This document shows, in pieces, positions 1 to 9,001 of a stretch of 64,000 nucleotides of DNA. The translations under genes and the position numbers were made by a program. The DNA comes from Candidatus Bathyarchaeia archaeon (GTDB lineage Archaea; Thermoproteota; Bathyarchaeia; Bathyarchaeales; Bathycorpusculaceae). The stretch lies in assembly GCA_038882975.1 (NCBI GenBank), contig JAVZNE010000003.1:1-64000 (forward strand). The letters run 5' to 3'. The number at the start of each line of letters is the position of its first letter. Position 1 is the first letter of the stretch. The notes under the pieces are model-generated. The model was not told where the DNA came from. It saw nothing but the letters and a program-made list of their open reading frames with translations, and did not search any database.

Positions 1-895
1 ACTTGAATTCTTTGTTTAGTTCTCTGTGGACCTTTATTATTTGTTTTAGGATTTCTGATCGGAACTCTCTCACTTTCACGTTTGGAGGCGTCTTCGCCAC
101 CACTAGGACGATGTAGTAGTTTTTGTCGCTTTGCTCTTCAACATAAACCCTAAAATCTTGAAAGCTATCGCCTAAAGCCTTCCGGAGCTTAGCCAACACA
201 TTGTCTGGGTCGTATTCCACTGGAAACTCATATCGAACGCGGACTGTTTTTGGTTCTTCCTTTTCCTCCATGACGACGCTGTTGGAGAAAGCCAAATTGT
301 TGGGGATTTTCACCATTTCTCCGCTGTCAGACAAGATTTTAGTGTGGAGAAGTCCCACCTCCATCACGACGCCCCTTAGGGTTGGCATAAACTCGTCCCT
401 GCTAAACATTTTATAAGCTGGAAAGGCAACAGCGGACAGTGGCAGACCGCCAGAAATTTTCACTTCTGTTCCTGGTCTGAGGAAGCCTGTTCCAAGAATT
501 ATTAAGCCAGCAAACAAATTCGCTAATATAGGTTGTAAGCCCAAACCGATTATGAGACCGGAGACGGTGGCGCCCGCAACTGCAGTTATGCCCGTCACCT
601 CAAAAATCGCCAAAATCATCAGTCCAATTACCACATAACCGACGACGAGAATAACGTTCCTGATGAGGTATACTTCTCTGCCCAAATGTCTAAGCCTACG
701 GGTTATGACCGAAGCTATCAGTTCAAGGGCTAAAGCCCCAAAAACAACAATTGTTATCGCCCTAATAATGTTGAAGTAGGTTAGGTATGCTGTGCGGATT
801 TCTTCTGGCAGTATTGCCGGAATAGTCAAAATCCAAAGCAAAACAAGTATGGCAACAGCGAAAAGAAAATAGTAGAGCTTCCTTGAAGCCGTCAA
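1..895 (-). CDS. mscS: Small-conductance mechanosensitive channel (MscS family), 3' end outside window
   Basis: Not in ORF track; my translation from TTG at 895 gives TM segments then GLIIGLGLQPILANLFAGLIIL...GVVMEVGLLHTKI...VKIPNN, the MscS TM3/beta-domain pattern; frame stays open to the window edge. Confidence 0.85.
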   Translation of the reverse strand, partial: MTASRKLYYFLFAVAILVLLWILTIPAILPEEIRTAYLTYFNIIRAITIVVFGALALELIASVITRRLRHLGREVYLIRNVILVVGYVVIGLMILAIFEVTGITAVAGATVSGLIIGLGLQPILANLFAGLIILGTGFLRPGTEVKISGGLPLSAVAFPAYKMFSRDEFMPTLRGVVMEVGLLHTKILSDSGEMVKIPNNLAFSNSVVMEEKEEPKTVRVRYEFPVEYDPDNVLAKLRKALGDSFQDFRVYVEEQSDKNYYIVLVVAKTPPNVKVREFRSEILKQIIKVHRELNKEFK

Positions 896-997
896 GACTC
901 ACCCTCGACATTCACCATAATACATGCTGGTGCATAAAAAGGAAACGCTAGAAAACAGAAAACGCCATAAACACAAATGCACAACTGTGAACACACC

Positions 998-1618
998 ATG
1001 CAACAAAACACCGCCAAGCCCAAATTCGTGATTGAACACTTGGAGCTGGAAATTGGTAAGTGGCTTCTCTATGAGTATATGCACGCCTCTGAAATAGTTG
1101 GAAAAAATCGCTTAATCTTCACCAACGTCAAAAAGGAAAGCGAAAAAGCAAAACTTTCAAAGCTCGGAACCGTTGAAGAGAAAAGCGCCGCAGAAATCTT
1201 CAATCCAGAAGAAGTCATAATCCTAGACCCAAAAGCCGAACTCCCACTAAAACCAGAAGACTTTGCCGGAAAAGACGCTGTCATTATTGGAGGAATTTTG
1301 GGCGACCATCCACCGAAAGGCAGAACAGGCAAACTCTTAACAAGGCATTTTCCAGAAGCCACTGTTCGAAACATTGGCAAAAGCCAATTCTCCATTGATG
1401 GAGCCGTTTATGTGGCGAAACTTGTAAGCGAAGGAAAACCGCTGGAAAAAATACCCGTCAAAAAGGGCTTAACTTTGAGGCTGAACGAGTACGCTGAGGT
1501 TTATCTGCCATACGCTTATCCGCTGAAGAATGGAAAACCAGTCATAAGCCAAAAACTAGTCGCATACCTACGCTCAGACGAAATCGTCAAGGATGAAGAA
1601 AAACTCCTACAAGCCTAA
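998..1618 (+). CDS. SPOUT-class SAM-dependent methyltransferase, Sfm1/DUF431-like
   Basis: FVIEHLE...WLLYEY N-terminus, LDPKA, IIGGILGDHPPKGRT and QFSIDGA motifs; ATG 998 chosen over 977. Confidence 0.8.
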   Translation: MQQNTAKPKFVIEHLELEIGKWLLYEYMHASEIVGKNRLIFTNVKKESEKAKLSKLGTVEEKSAAEIFNPEEVIILDPKAELPLKPEDFAGKDAVIIGGILGDHPPKGRTGKLLTRHFPEATVRNIGKSQFSIDGAVYVAKLVSEGKPLEKIPVKKGLTLRLNEYAEVYLPYAYPLKNGKPVISQKLVAYLRSDEIVKDEEKLLQA

Positions 1619-2116
1619 CTTTGCCTTAATTCTTGGAAGCCACTCTCTCTGCATCTGCACAATACCGAAGCTTGTTATGCGATAGCCGCCCTCACTTGTT
1701 TTCTCAGCTATTTCAGCCTTAACAAGCTCGCCGAGGCGTGTACTTGTTATTTTTGGATTCTTACCCAGCTTGGTTTGCAGTTCTTCCCTTGTGAGAACAT
1801 CCGTTTTCAGCATGCCAAGCCTAAATCCTAGATGGGCGGCTAAGAGGTGCAGCGCCAAAGTCTCATTGTCCGTCAACTTTTCCTTAGAAACTAACAAGTG
1901 CGGCAAGTTGTCGGCAAAGCCAATCAAACCCCTACAGTCTTCAGCAAGCCTCTGCAGGTCAACGCTTAAAACCAGAGTCTTTGCAATTTGAAAGGCTGGA
2001 ACAAACTCGCTGAAAAACTTGTTTAGGGCAACCCAAACCTCTTCAACACTGCCAGAGAAAGTGTATTCAGCATCGCCATACTTCACGTGAACCATCAGCT
2101 GCTGCTGGCTTGTCAA
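1607..2116 (-). CDS. Hypothetical protein, N-terminal beta-hairpin + C-terminal winged helix (paralog 3 of triplet)
   Basis: LTREELQTKLGKNPKITSTRLGELVKAEIAEK...YRITSFG is wHTH-like; 4-nt overlap with upstream gene. Confidence 0.7.
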   Translation of the reverse strand: MTSQQQLMVHVKYGDAEYTFSGSVEEVWVALNKFFSEFVPAFQIAKTLVLSVDLQRLAEDCRGLIGFADNLPHLLVSKEKLTDNETLALHLLAAHLGFRLGMLKTDVLTREELQTKLGKNPKITSTRLGELVKAEIAEKTSEGGYRITSFGIVQMQREWLPRIKAKLGL

Positions 2117-2586
2117 GCCATCTTCCCTCTAAGCTTGGCTAAAACCTCATCCTCAATCCATCTCTCGCCTTGAACAGTCAACTTAAACTCCGGCCTCTTC
2201 GGGTCTGGCTTAAAGACTTGACCACGCTTAACCATCTCGTTGAGGCGGGCTGGAACCATACATTTTATTCCGCTGGACTCTAGGAGCTTCTGGATCTGAG
2301 TAGCTGTGTTCTGCCTTCCCTCTGAAGCGTACAGTATAAGCCCAATAGCCTCATAATGGGTAAGCTTCTCACGGGCCACTAGTACAGGTCCCTCGGTTGT
2401 AAATTCTATTATGCCTTTCAGCTGGACCGCCGCTGATGGTACAAGCTTGCTTGAAACCATGTTTGAAATGTTTTCCACAAAGTCCTTCGGAAAAGCCTCC
2501 AGTAGGCTCAAAACTTCTTGGGGGTTTTCACCCTCAACAACTATTTCGCCGAAAGATGTCTTAATGTGAACCTCAACCCTTTTCAC
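2113..2586 (-). CDS. Hypothetical protein, N-terminal beta-hairpin + C-terminal winged helix (paralog 2)
   Basis: TATQIQKLLESSG...VPARLNEMVKRGQV...FKLTVQGERWI is wHTH-like; overlaps both neighbours by 4 nt. Confidence 0.7.
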   Translation of the reverse strand: MKRVEVHIKTSFGEIVVEGENPQEVLSLLEAFPKDFVENISNMVSSKLVPSAAVQLKGIIEFTTEGPVLVAREKLTHYEAIGLILYASEGRQNTATQIQKLLESSGIKCMVPARLNEMVKRGQVFKPDPKRPEFKLTVQGERWIEDEVLAKLRGKMA

Positions 2587-3095
2587 GCGGTTTCCTCCTT
2601 TTGGGCTAAAACCTCCTTTTCAGCGAGGATGTAAACATAACCCTTATCAGTTTTCCAACGCCTAACAACGCCTTTCCGTACAAGACCGAGGAGGTCTCCA
2701 GCCAAAGTTCGCCCTGGAAAATGTAAGTTGTTAGTTGCCAAAGCTGCTTTAAGCTCTGCTAAGGTTCTTGGACGCCACTTCCCCCAGTCGCTTTCAAGAA
2801 TTTTCAGAACGGCTTCGCTGCAACTTTCCACCTTTGGAATTTTTGGATACTTCTCCGTTGGAGGTTCTTCCTTAACAGTTGAAACTGGAGTCTTAACGAT
2901 GACTGTTGCCGCTGTTTTTGGCTTTAGGTTTTCGAAGGCTCTGCTGACTTCCGGCATGAGGTTTGGTAGTTCCCGCACGGTCTTTAGCACGTCGTCCCTT
3001 AAACCCTTAACCTCAACCTCATAATCGCCGACCTTAACGCGGAATGAAAACTCCCCTTCCAATGGTTTCGCCACCTTCCCACCCAAACCTATCAC
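2583..3095 (-). CDS. Hypothetical protein, N-terminal beta-hairpin + C-terminal winged helix (paralog 1)
   Basis: PRTLAELKAAL...TLAGDLLGLVRKGVVRR...GYVY is wHTH-like; start uncertain. Confidence 0.7.
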   Translation of the reverse strand: MIGLGGKVAKPLEGEFSFRVKVGDYEVEVKGLRDDVLKTVRELPNLMPEVSRAFENLKPKTAATVIVKTPVSTVKEEPPTEKYPKIPKVESCSEAVLKILESDWGKWRPRTLAELKAALATNNLHFPGRTLAGDLLGLVRKGVVRRWKTDKGYVYILAEKEVLAQKEETA

Positions 3096-3208
3096 ACCTA
3101 TATGATTGGTTGGTTCTCCTTTTAGAATTTACGTGTTTTGATATATGTCGGAGGCGGAAATATTGTATTAAATATTAAGATGCAATATTCAGTGGAGAGG
3201 CAGAAGCC

Positions 3209-3838
3209 TTGTCAAAAAAGGGAATGGGCGTATGGATTTTCAGCACACTAACCGCTATAACGGCAGCCCACCTAATCGACGCAGCAAATGCTCTGCTCTT
3301 CAACAAGTCAATTGTCCTTTTACAACTTTATCCGGTGGCAAAGGAAAAGCTTGAGGCAATAACGCCGCCCATCTACTTCCTCATTAGCGCCACAGCCACA
3401 TTCATATTGTGGGGAATAACATGTGCCATAGCCTTCCAAAACCCTGTTGAAGCCTTTCTAAATAAGGTGCTCTCCGACGCCAAAAAGCAGAGCATGGTGG
3501 AATCCCAGCTTCTGGAGCAGAAAAGCGAGCTGTTGGACGCCATGAACGAGACTGTTGAAATGAACAATGAAATCTTATCCCATGTTAAGGATGCAATCTA
3601 CAACATCAGGGCTGAGGTTAAGGAAATTCAGCCCCTAAAAGAGGGCTTGGAGAGGGTTAAGGCTGAGTTAAGCCACCTGAAGAGAGAGATTAAAAGCTTT
3701 GAGGAGAAACTCCATTATCCGAAGGTTTGTGTTGCATGTGGTAAGCCTGTCCTCCCGGAATTTAACATTTGCCCGTACTGTGGTGAAAGCCTAAGGCCAA
3801 TGCAGGAAAAGATAATACCGCTGGAGAAATATAGATAA
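3209..3838 (+). CDS. Membrane-anchored coiled-coil protein with C-terminal zinc ribbon
   Basis: Two hydrophobic segments, heptad-rich middle, CVACG...CPYCG. Confidence 0.7.
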   Translation: MSKKGMGVWIFSTLTAITAAHLIDAANALLFNKSIVLLQLYPVAKEKLEAITPPIYFLISATATFILWGITCAIAFQNPVEAFLNKVLSDAKKQSMVESQLLEQKSELLDAMNETVEMNNEILSHVKDAIYNIRAEVKEIQPLKEGLERVKAELSHLKREIKSFEEKLHYPKVCVACGKPVLPEFNICPYCGESLRPMQEKIIPLEKYR

Positions 3839-3849
3839 GCCGTTTCATG

Positions 3850-5754
3850 CTAGGCTTTTTTTACCAACTTTTGCTTGATTAGTTGGCTGACGGTTTCAGC
3901 GTTTGCTCTGCCCCTAACCTCTTTCATGACCATTCCCATGATTATGCCGAAGGCTTTTGCCCCGCTCTTTTCTATTAAATTCTTGTTTTTGGCTATTATG
4001 CCTTCTATGATTTTCTCCAGCTCCTCTTTTGTCAGCGTTTTTAGTCCTAGGCTTTCAACAGCCTCTTTCACGGTTTTTTCTTCATTTTTTGATAGCCAAG
4101 CCACTATGTCGGGAAGCGCTTCCTTGGTGATTTCTCCAGCTCCCAACGCCTTGAAGACTTCTCTTATTTTTGTTTCTGAAACTTTTTCGACTGGTATGCC
4201 GTCTCGTTTTAGGGCCTTAATGGTTTCTGTTAGGAAGACCGCCACTGTTGTTGGTGTGACTTTGCTTTCTTTGGCTATGGTTTCGAAGAGTTCTGTGTAT
4301 TCTGAGTCCATGAGTTGTTTGGCTAGTTTCTGGTTTAGGGCATATTCCCGCATGAGCCTCTCCAGCCTTTGTTCTGGTAGTTCTGGTAGGCGCTGGCGGA
4401 TGCGGTTTATGAGTTCTTCTGTAACTTGTATGGGTGGGATGTCTGTCTCCGGATACATGCGGGCTGCTCCCGGTCTTGGGCGCATATAACGGGTTGTCCC
4501 ATCCGGGTTTGCGGCTCGGGTTTCTTCTGGCACGCCTTTTATGGCTTCTTCGGCTCTTTCCAAAACTGCCCTTAATGCGTCTTGAGCGTTTTCCAAAATG
4601 TCTGCCACAAAAACCACGGCGTCTTGTTCTTGGGCGTCCACCATTTTTTTTAAGGCTTCAACTTCTTGGCTTGTTATGCCGTAGGCTGGAAGCTCGTCTG
4701 TGTGGAATATGCCGCCGACACGTCCCCAGAACTTTGCGCGGTCAGCCATTTCGGTGCCCAAGCGTATGCCGGGCATAAGCTCTCGTTTTAGGAAGCCTCC
4801 AAACTTTGGCAGTTTTACGGCTAAAACCACTTGCCCCTTTTCTAGGGCTTTTCGGATTACTTTGCAGGCGGTTTGGCGGAAAATTTCCGATACATTGTAG
4901 AATTCTTCTTTTAGGTTTTCTGGGGTGGCTCCGGCTTTTCTTAGTTCTTCGCTTATTTTCATTAGGTTTAGTTGCCTTTGAACCTCATATTCGACAACCA
5001 GCGGAATTAGTTCGAGTTCTTGGACGCCCTTTATTTCTGTTAGGGCTCCTCCGTTTATTGATATGTTTAGGTCTTGGCGTATTGTTCCGAGTCCCCGTTT
5101 TACGCGTTGGGTGGCGCGGAGAATCTTGCCTATGGCTAGGGCTACTTCTCCGGCTTCTTTTGGCGTGTTTATGACTGGTGCTGTTGCTATTTCTATTAGT
5201 GGTATGCCCAGTCGGTCTATGCGGTAGCGTATGGTTGTGCCTTCCTCGCCTGTTTTGCGGGCGGCGTCTTCTTCTAGGCTTACGTGTTGTATTGGAATTG
5301 TTTTTTCGCCCACCTTTATTGTGCCGTTTAGGGCTATGACGCATGTGCGTTGGAAACCCGTTGTGTTGGAGCCGTCTATGACTGTTTTGCGCATGACGTG
5401 GATTTCGTCTACGGGTGTGGCGTTCATCATTAAAGCCACTGTTAGGGCTATTTCAACAGCCTCCATATTAAGCGGGTGGGGTGGCTCCTCATCCATTTCC
5501 ACTAGGCATGCTGTCTGCCTATCAGCCTCGTATAGGATTTTTACTCCTTTTTGGAATTCGAAGTAGGCTGCTGGGTCTATTTGTCCGAGTTCGCTTTGGG
5601 TTGGTCTCAAACGCCTTAGGAAGGTGATTTCTGGCTCTTCTTTGAAGAGTTCTGGTTTGCAGCTGCAGAAGAGTTTTGTCTGCGTTTCAAGTTGCTGGTG
5701 GACTTCTAAGCCCACTTTTAAGCCTATTCGCCCATAGTCTATCTGATTTGTCAT
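3850..5754 (-). CDS. gatE: Glutamyl-tRNA(Gln) amidotransferase subunit E
   Basis: GLEVHQQL, RKTVIDGSNTTGFQRT, LEEDAARK, RGLGTIRQDLN, RPRPGAARMYPETDIP. Confidence 0.98.
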   Translation of the reverse strand: MTNQIDYGRIGLKVGLEVHQQLETQTKLFCSCKPELFKEEPEITFLRRLRPTQSELGQIDPAAYFEFQKGVKILYEADRQTACLVEMDEEPPHPLNMEAVEIALTVALMMNATPVDEIHVMRKTVIDGSNTTGFQRTCVIALNGTIKVGEKTIPIQHVSLEEDAARKTGEEGTTIRYRIDRLGIPLIEIATAPVINTPKEAGEVALAIGKILRATQRVKRGLGTIRQDLNISINGGALTEIKGVQELELIPLVVEYEVQRQLNLMKISEELRKAGATPENLKEEFYNVSEIFRQTACKVIRKALEKGQVVLAVKLPKFGGFLKRELMPGIRLGTEMADRAKFWGRVGGIFHTDELPAYGITSQEVEALKKMVDAQEQDAVVFVADILENAQDALRAVLERAEEAIKGVPEETRAANPDGTTRYMRPRPGAARMYPETDIPPIQVTEELINRIRQRLPELPEQRLERLMREYALNQKLAKQLMDSEYTELFETIAKESKVTPTTVAVFLTETIKALKRDGIPVEKVSETKIREVFKALGAGEITKEALPDIVAWLSKNEEKTVKEAVESLGLKTLTKEELEKIIEGIIAKNKNLIEKSGAKAFGIIMGMVMKEVRGRANAETVSQLIKQKLVKKA

Positions 5755-7112
5755 TGTTTGTTTTCCTCCCGCTTTATTTCTTCGTGGAGTGTTCGCTGGG
5801 AGAATTCGCCAGCCAAATTCGTTTTCAGCAGCTTTTTTGCCTCTTCAGTGTCGCTTGTCTGTCCGAATATCCACATGAGCTTGACGGTGGCGGTTTCCGC
5901 CAGCATGTCCTCCAGCGGTATTACGCCAAGAGCCAGCAAGTCTCTGCCAGTGTCATAGACGTTCATGTTTACTCTTCCCCATATGCACTGGGAAGCCATA
6001 GCCACCAGCACGCCTTTTTCAACAGCCCTTTTTATTGGTTGGAAGAGGCAGTTTGAAACGTGCCCCAAACCTGTGCCTTCCAAAACTATTGCCTTATAGC
6101 CATTGTCCACATGCCAGTCTATTATGGCTGGATCCATGCCTGGATAAAACTTGACAAGGGCGACTTTGTCGCTGAAGTTTGGCTTAACAATGGGCTTCCG
6201 CGATGGGTCCCGTCTCTGATAATCTTCCGTGAGCATAACAACGCGGTTTTCCTCAACCTTTGCTAACGGCTGAGCATTTACTGATTTGAAGGCGTCGCGG
6301 CGGCTTGTGTGGCACTTGCGGACTTTGGTGCCGCGGTGAAGAACTATGGCTGTGTCAGAAATTGTTTCGTGCATGGCTACGGCTACTTCCGCGAAAGGCG
6401 CCCTGGCAGCGGCTAAAACAGCACCCGTCAAATTTGTGGCTGCATCAGAGCTGGGACGGTCGGCTGAACGCTGAGAACCAACAAAAATCACTGGGACTGG
6501 AAGGTTTTGCAATGCAAAGCTTAGGGCTGCAGCCGAATAACCCATAGTATCCGTGCCATGAGCTATGACTACGCCGTCCACGCCACCCGCAATCTTTTCC
6601 GCCACCGCCTTCGCCATCTCCGCCCAGTGGACTGGCGTAATATTTTCGCTATAAAGGCTGAAGAGTATCTGCGCGTCTATGCGGGCTATGTCGGCTAATT
6701 CTGGCACGACACTGTATAGGTCGCTGGCAGACAAAGCTGGACGAACAGCACCCGTACGATAATCCACACGACTAGCAATAGTGCCGCCAGTGCTAATAAT
6801 GGAGACCTTTGGCAGGGCTGGATTCTGCTCAGGCAAGGGCGGAGCAACAAAGGCAGGCTTCTCGCCTTTCCCAACTTTCTCAACTTTGGCGTCTGGTGTT
6901 AGGCGAACACCAATATTGTAGCCACTCCGCAACTTAATCACAATATGCCGGTCATCGCCATACTCAGAACGAGGAATAAGAATACCCTCATACACTTGGT
7001 CGCCTTTAACTACGCGAATGAAATCACCAATCTCTGCCCCTGTTTTCTTAAGAGTTTCAAGCACAGAGCCTTTGTAGCCAGAAAACTCTTTTTCCAAATT
7101 CTCTCTAGTCAT
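5751..7112 (-). CDS. gatD: Glutamyl-tRNA(Gln) amidotransferase subunit D
   Basis: STGGTIASRVDYRTGAV, HGTDTM, GSQRSADRPSSD, KCHTSRRDAF; overlaps gatE. Confidence 0.98.
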   Translation of the reverse strand: MTRENLEKEFSGYKGSVLETLKKTGAEIGDFIRVVKGDQVYEGILIPRSEYGDDRHIVIKLRSGYNIGVRLTPDAKVEKVGKGEKPAFVAPPLPEQNPALPKVSIISTGGTIASRVDYRTGAVRPALSASDLYSVVPELADIARIDAQILFSLYSENITPVHWAEMAKAVAEKIAGGVDGVVIAHGTDTMGYSAAALSFALQNLPVPVIFVGSQRSADRPSSDAATNLTGAVLAAARAPFAEVAVAMHETISDTAIVLHRGTKVRKCHTSRRDAFKSVNAQPLAKVEENRVVMLTEDYQRRDPSRKPIVKPNFSDKVALVKFYPGMDPAIIDWHVDNGYKAIVLEGTGLGHVSNCLFQPIKRAVEKGVLVAMASQCIWGRVNMNVYDTGRDLLALGVIPLEDMLAETATVKLMWIFGQTSDTEEAKKLLKTNLAGEFSQRTLHEEIKREENKQ

Positions 7113-7118
7113 TAGGCA

Positions 7119-7667
7119 TTACTCTTTATTCCGAATTTGAATTATGCAATCAAATTTGGAGATGAAATAATTAAAAGATTTATTTTTATTTCTTGCAGTC
7201 TCTACGGAGAACATCTTCAATGCCTCGATCATAAAATCTATACGTGAGTCAAAGCTGTTTTGAATTAAATTGTTGAATTGTTCCTTTGTAATGTTGTCAG
7301 TTGTATTGAGGTTCGGGATTTTAAGTTTCCGAGATGCTGACAAATCTAACCCAGCCAAGTACCAGCTTTCTATTTCTCTTATAATCACGGCTATCTTTTC
7401 ACTATCAATATTTTTTAAAGCAATTTGAACCTCATTTTTCTTAGCCGTTACACAAGGCGAATTGTTGATATCTGTTACATAAATATAATCAGCTCCCATG
7501 GACTTGATACTTTTAATGAAACTATTAATCTTGTCTTTCTTCATGGCGGCGTATTTTATTATCTTTATGGCACCATGTTTTTTCTGTAACTGCGGTTTTA
7601 TCACAATTTCAAAAAATCTTTCATCGTCAACTCCTTCTACAAAAAGATAAAGTTCTCGGTTATTCAT
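7119..7667 (-). CDS. TOPRIM-like putative nuclease (DUF4435/DUF4276/RloB-like)
   Basis: LFVEGVDDERF (TOPRIM Glu), YVTDIN, IREIESWYLAG; AT-rich; directly downstream of ABC ATPase. Confidence 0.65.
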   Translation of the reverse strand: MNNRELYLFVEGVDDERFFEIVIKPQLQKKHGAIKIIKYAAMKKDKINSFIKSIKSMGADYIYVTDINNSPCVTAKKNEVQIALKNIDSEKIAVIIREIESWYLAGLDLSASRKLKIPNLNTTDNITKEQFNNLIQNSFDSRIDFMIEALKMFSVETARNKNKSFNYFISKFDCIIQIRNKE

Positions 7668-7677
7668 TTATCCATAA

Positions 7678-8925
7678 TTACGCTCCGAGCAAGTTCTGTA
7701 CAAATAACTCTTCAATTCCTATTTCGTTCATCAAAAAAGTCTTGACTTTTTCCTCATCGCTCGGCTTTGAAACAATGGAGAATCCGTTCTGGTCACGCGA
7801 TATAAGTAAAAGGTTATCCAAACCAGCATATTTCACAACCTCAGGATTATGTGTCGTAACAATGATTTGCTTTTCTTTCGAAGCATCCTTCATCATGTCA
7901 ATTATTCTTGAAATTAGATGAGGATGTATGTTTCTTTCTGGTTCCTCAATGATGATTAATGGTTTCTTTTCGAAAAATAAAGCAATTATTAATGCCGTTA
8001 TATTTATTGTCCCATCAGAAATAAGAGAGGCTGGTATGTACTGTTTTCCAGAATATGCCTCTTTAAGTTTAAAAAGTAAAGATTTGTCAGCAAATTTCTC
8101 CACATCAAGATCGCTTATGAAGGGTAGAAGATCCTTTATCAGATTAAAAAGCCTTCTCTTATTTTTTGTATCTTCCACAAGGTTTTTCAAGATAATAGAT
8201 AAATTACTTCCATCTTCCTCTAATTCGGCTTTGCCTGTGATGGGGGTTGCTTTTTTTGGCAATTTGGGGTCAAAATCATAGATAGAAATGTTGCTAAGGA
8301 TATCCCTAAACCCAAATGTAAACGTATATGGCATTTGAATAAGAAGCATACGCGGTGGTATTAATTCCTCTCTTAAGAATGGAACTATCTTATCAATACT
8401 TGGGGAAATGCTTCCACGTATATCGATTTTTATTTTTTTATTATCACGTGATATAATGATTTCTCCTTCCCCGATCTCCTCCTTTTCTTCTATCTCTCCT
8501 TTTTCCACTCCAACCAACTTGACAGATTTACACTTTAAAGATAGAACATCTTTTGCAATTTCAAACTCTGTTTTCTTTTTTCTAAATCGTAGCGCAAATT
8601 CGTAGGTTCCTTCACATGCTTTCACTCCTATCCAGCCCTTTCTCCACCTGTCAACCCCAAAGCCGAATTCGTGATCGCAAGTAATTTGCATCGAAAAATC
8701 CTCTGATGTACCGATGTTTATGTTCCTTAAATACTCAACTCCACCCTGCATGGATATAGCATTATCCAGTCCAGAAATTGCCAAATCCTTCAAGAACTTG
8801 AAGATTTGAACAAAATTGGATTTGCCGGAGGCGTTGGCACCTATCAATACTGTAAAATTACCAAGCTTAATTTCCATGTTCTTAAAGCTTTTAAAGTTAG
8901 TAACTTTAATTTCTTTTATTCCCAT
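7678..8925 (-). CDS. ABC-type ATPase (AAA_15/AAA_21-like), putative defence component
   Basis: Walker A GANASGKS, signature ISDGT, Walker B IIIEEPERNIHP, switch TTHN; no TM partner. Confidence 0.85.
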   Translation of the reverse strand: MGIKEIKVTNFKSFKNMEIKLGNFTVLIGANASGKSNFVQIFKFLKDLAISGLDNAISMQGGVEYLRNINIGTSEDFSMQITCDHEFGFGVDRWRKGWIGVKACEGTYEFALRFRKKKTEFEIAKDVLSLKCKSVKLVGVEKGEIEEKEEIGEGEIIISRDNKKIKIDIRGSISPSIDKIVPFLREELIPPRMLLIQMPYTFTFGFRDILSNISIYDFDPKLPKKATPITGKAELEEDGSNLSIILKNLVEDTKNKRRLFNLIKDLLPFISDLDVEKFADKSLLFKLKEAYSGKQYIPASLISDGTINITALIIALFFEKKPLIIIEEPERNIHPHLISRIIDMMKDASKEKQIIVTTHNPEVVKYAGLDNLLLISRDQNGFSIVSKPSDEEKVKTFLMNEIGIEELFVQNLLGA

Positions 8926-9001
8926 TTCAAAGTCCCTCGATGTTTAATTGGATCAATAAACGAATAAACATTTCCTTTATAAGAGCACCAAAAGTTTCGT
9001 A

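Noticed and set aside
3875-5566. Long alternative-frame and antisense ORFs over gatE (e.g. Arg-rich 4985..5344), and similar shadows across the window
   Set aside because: They overlap well-supported genes, have no motifs, and are explained by codon bias.
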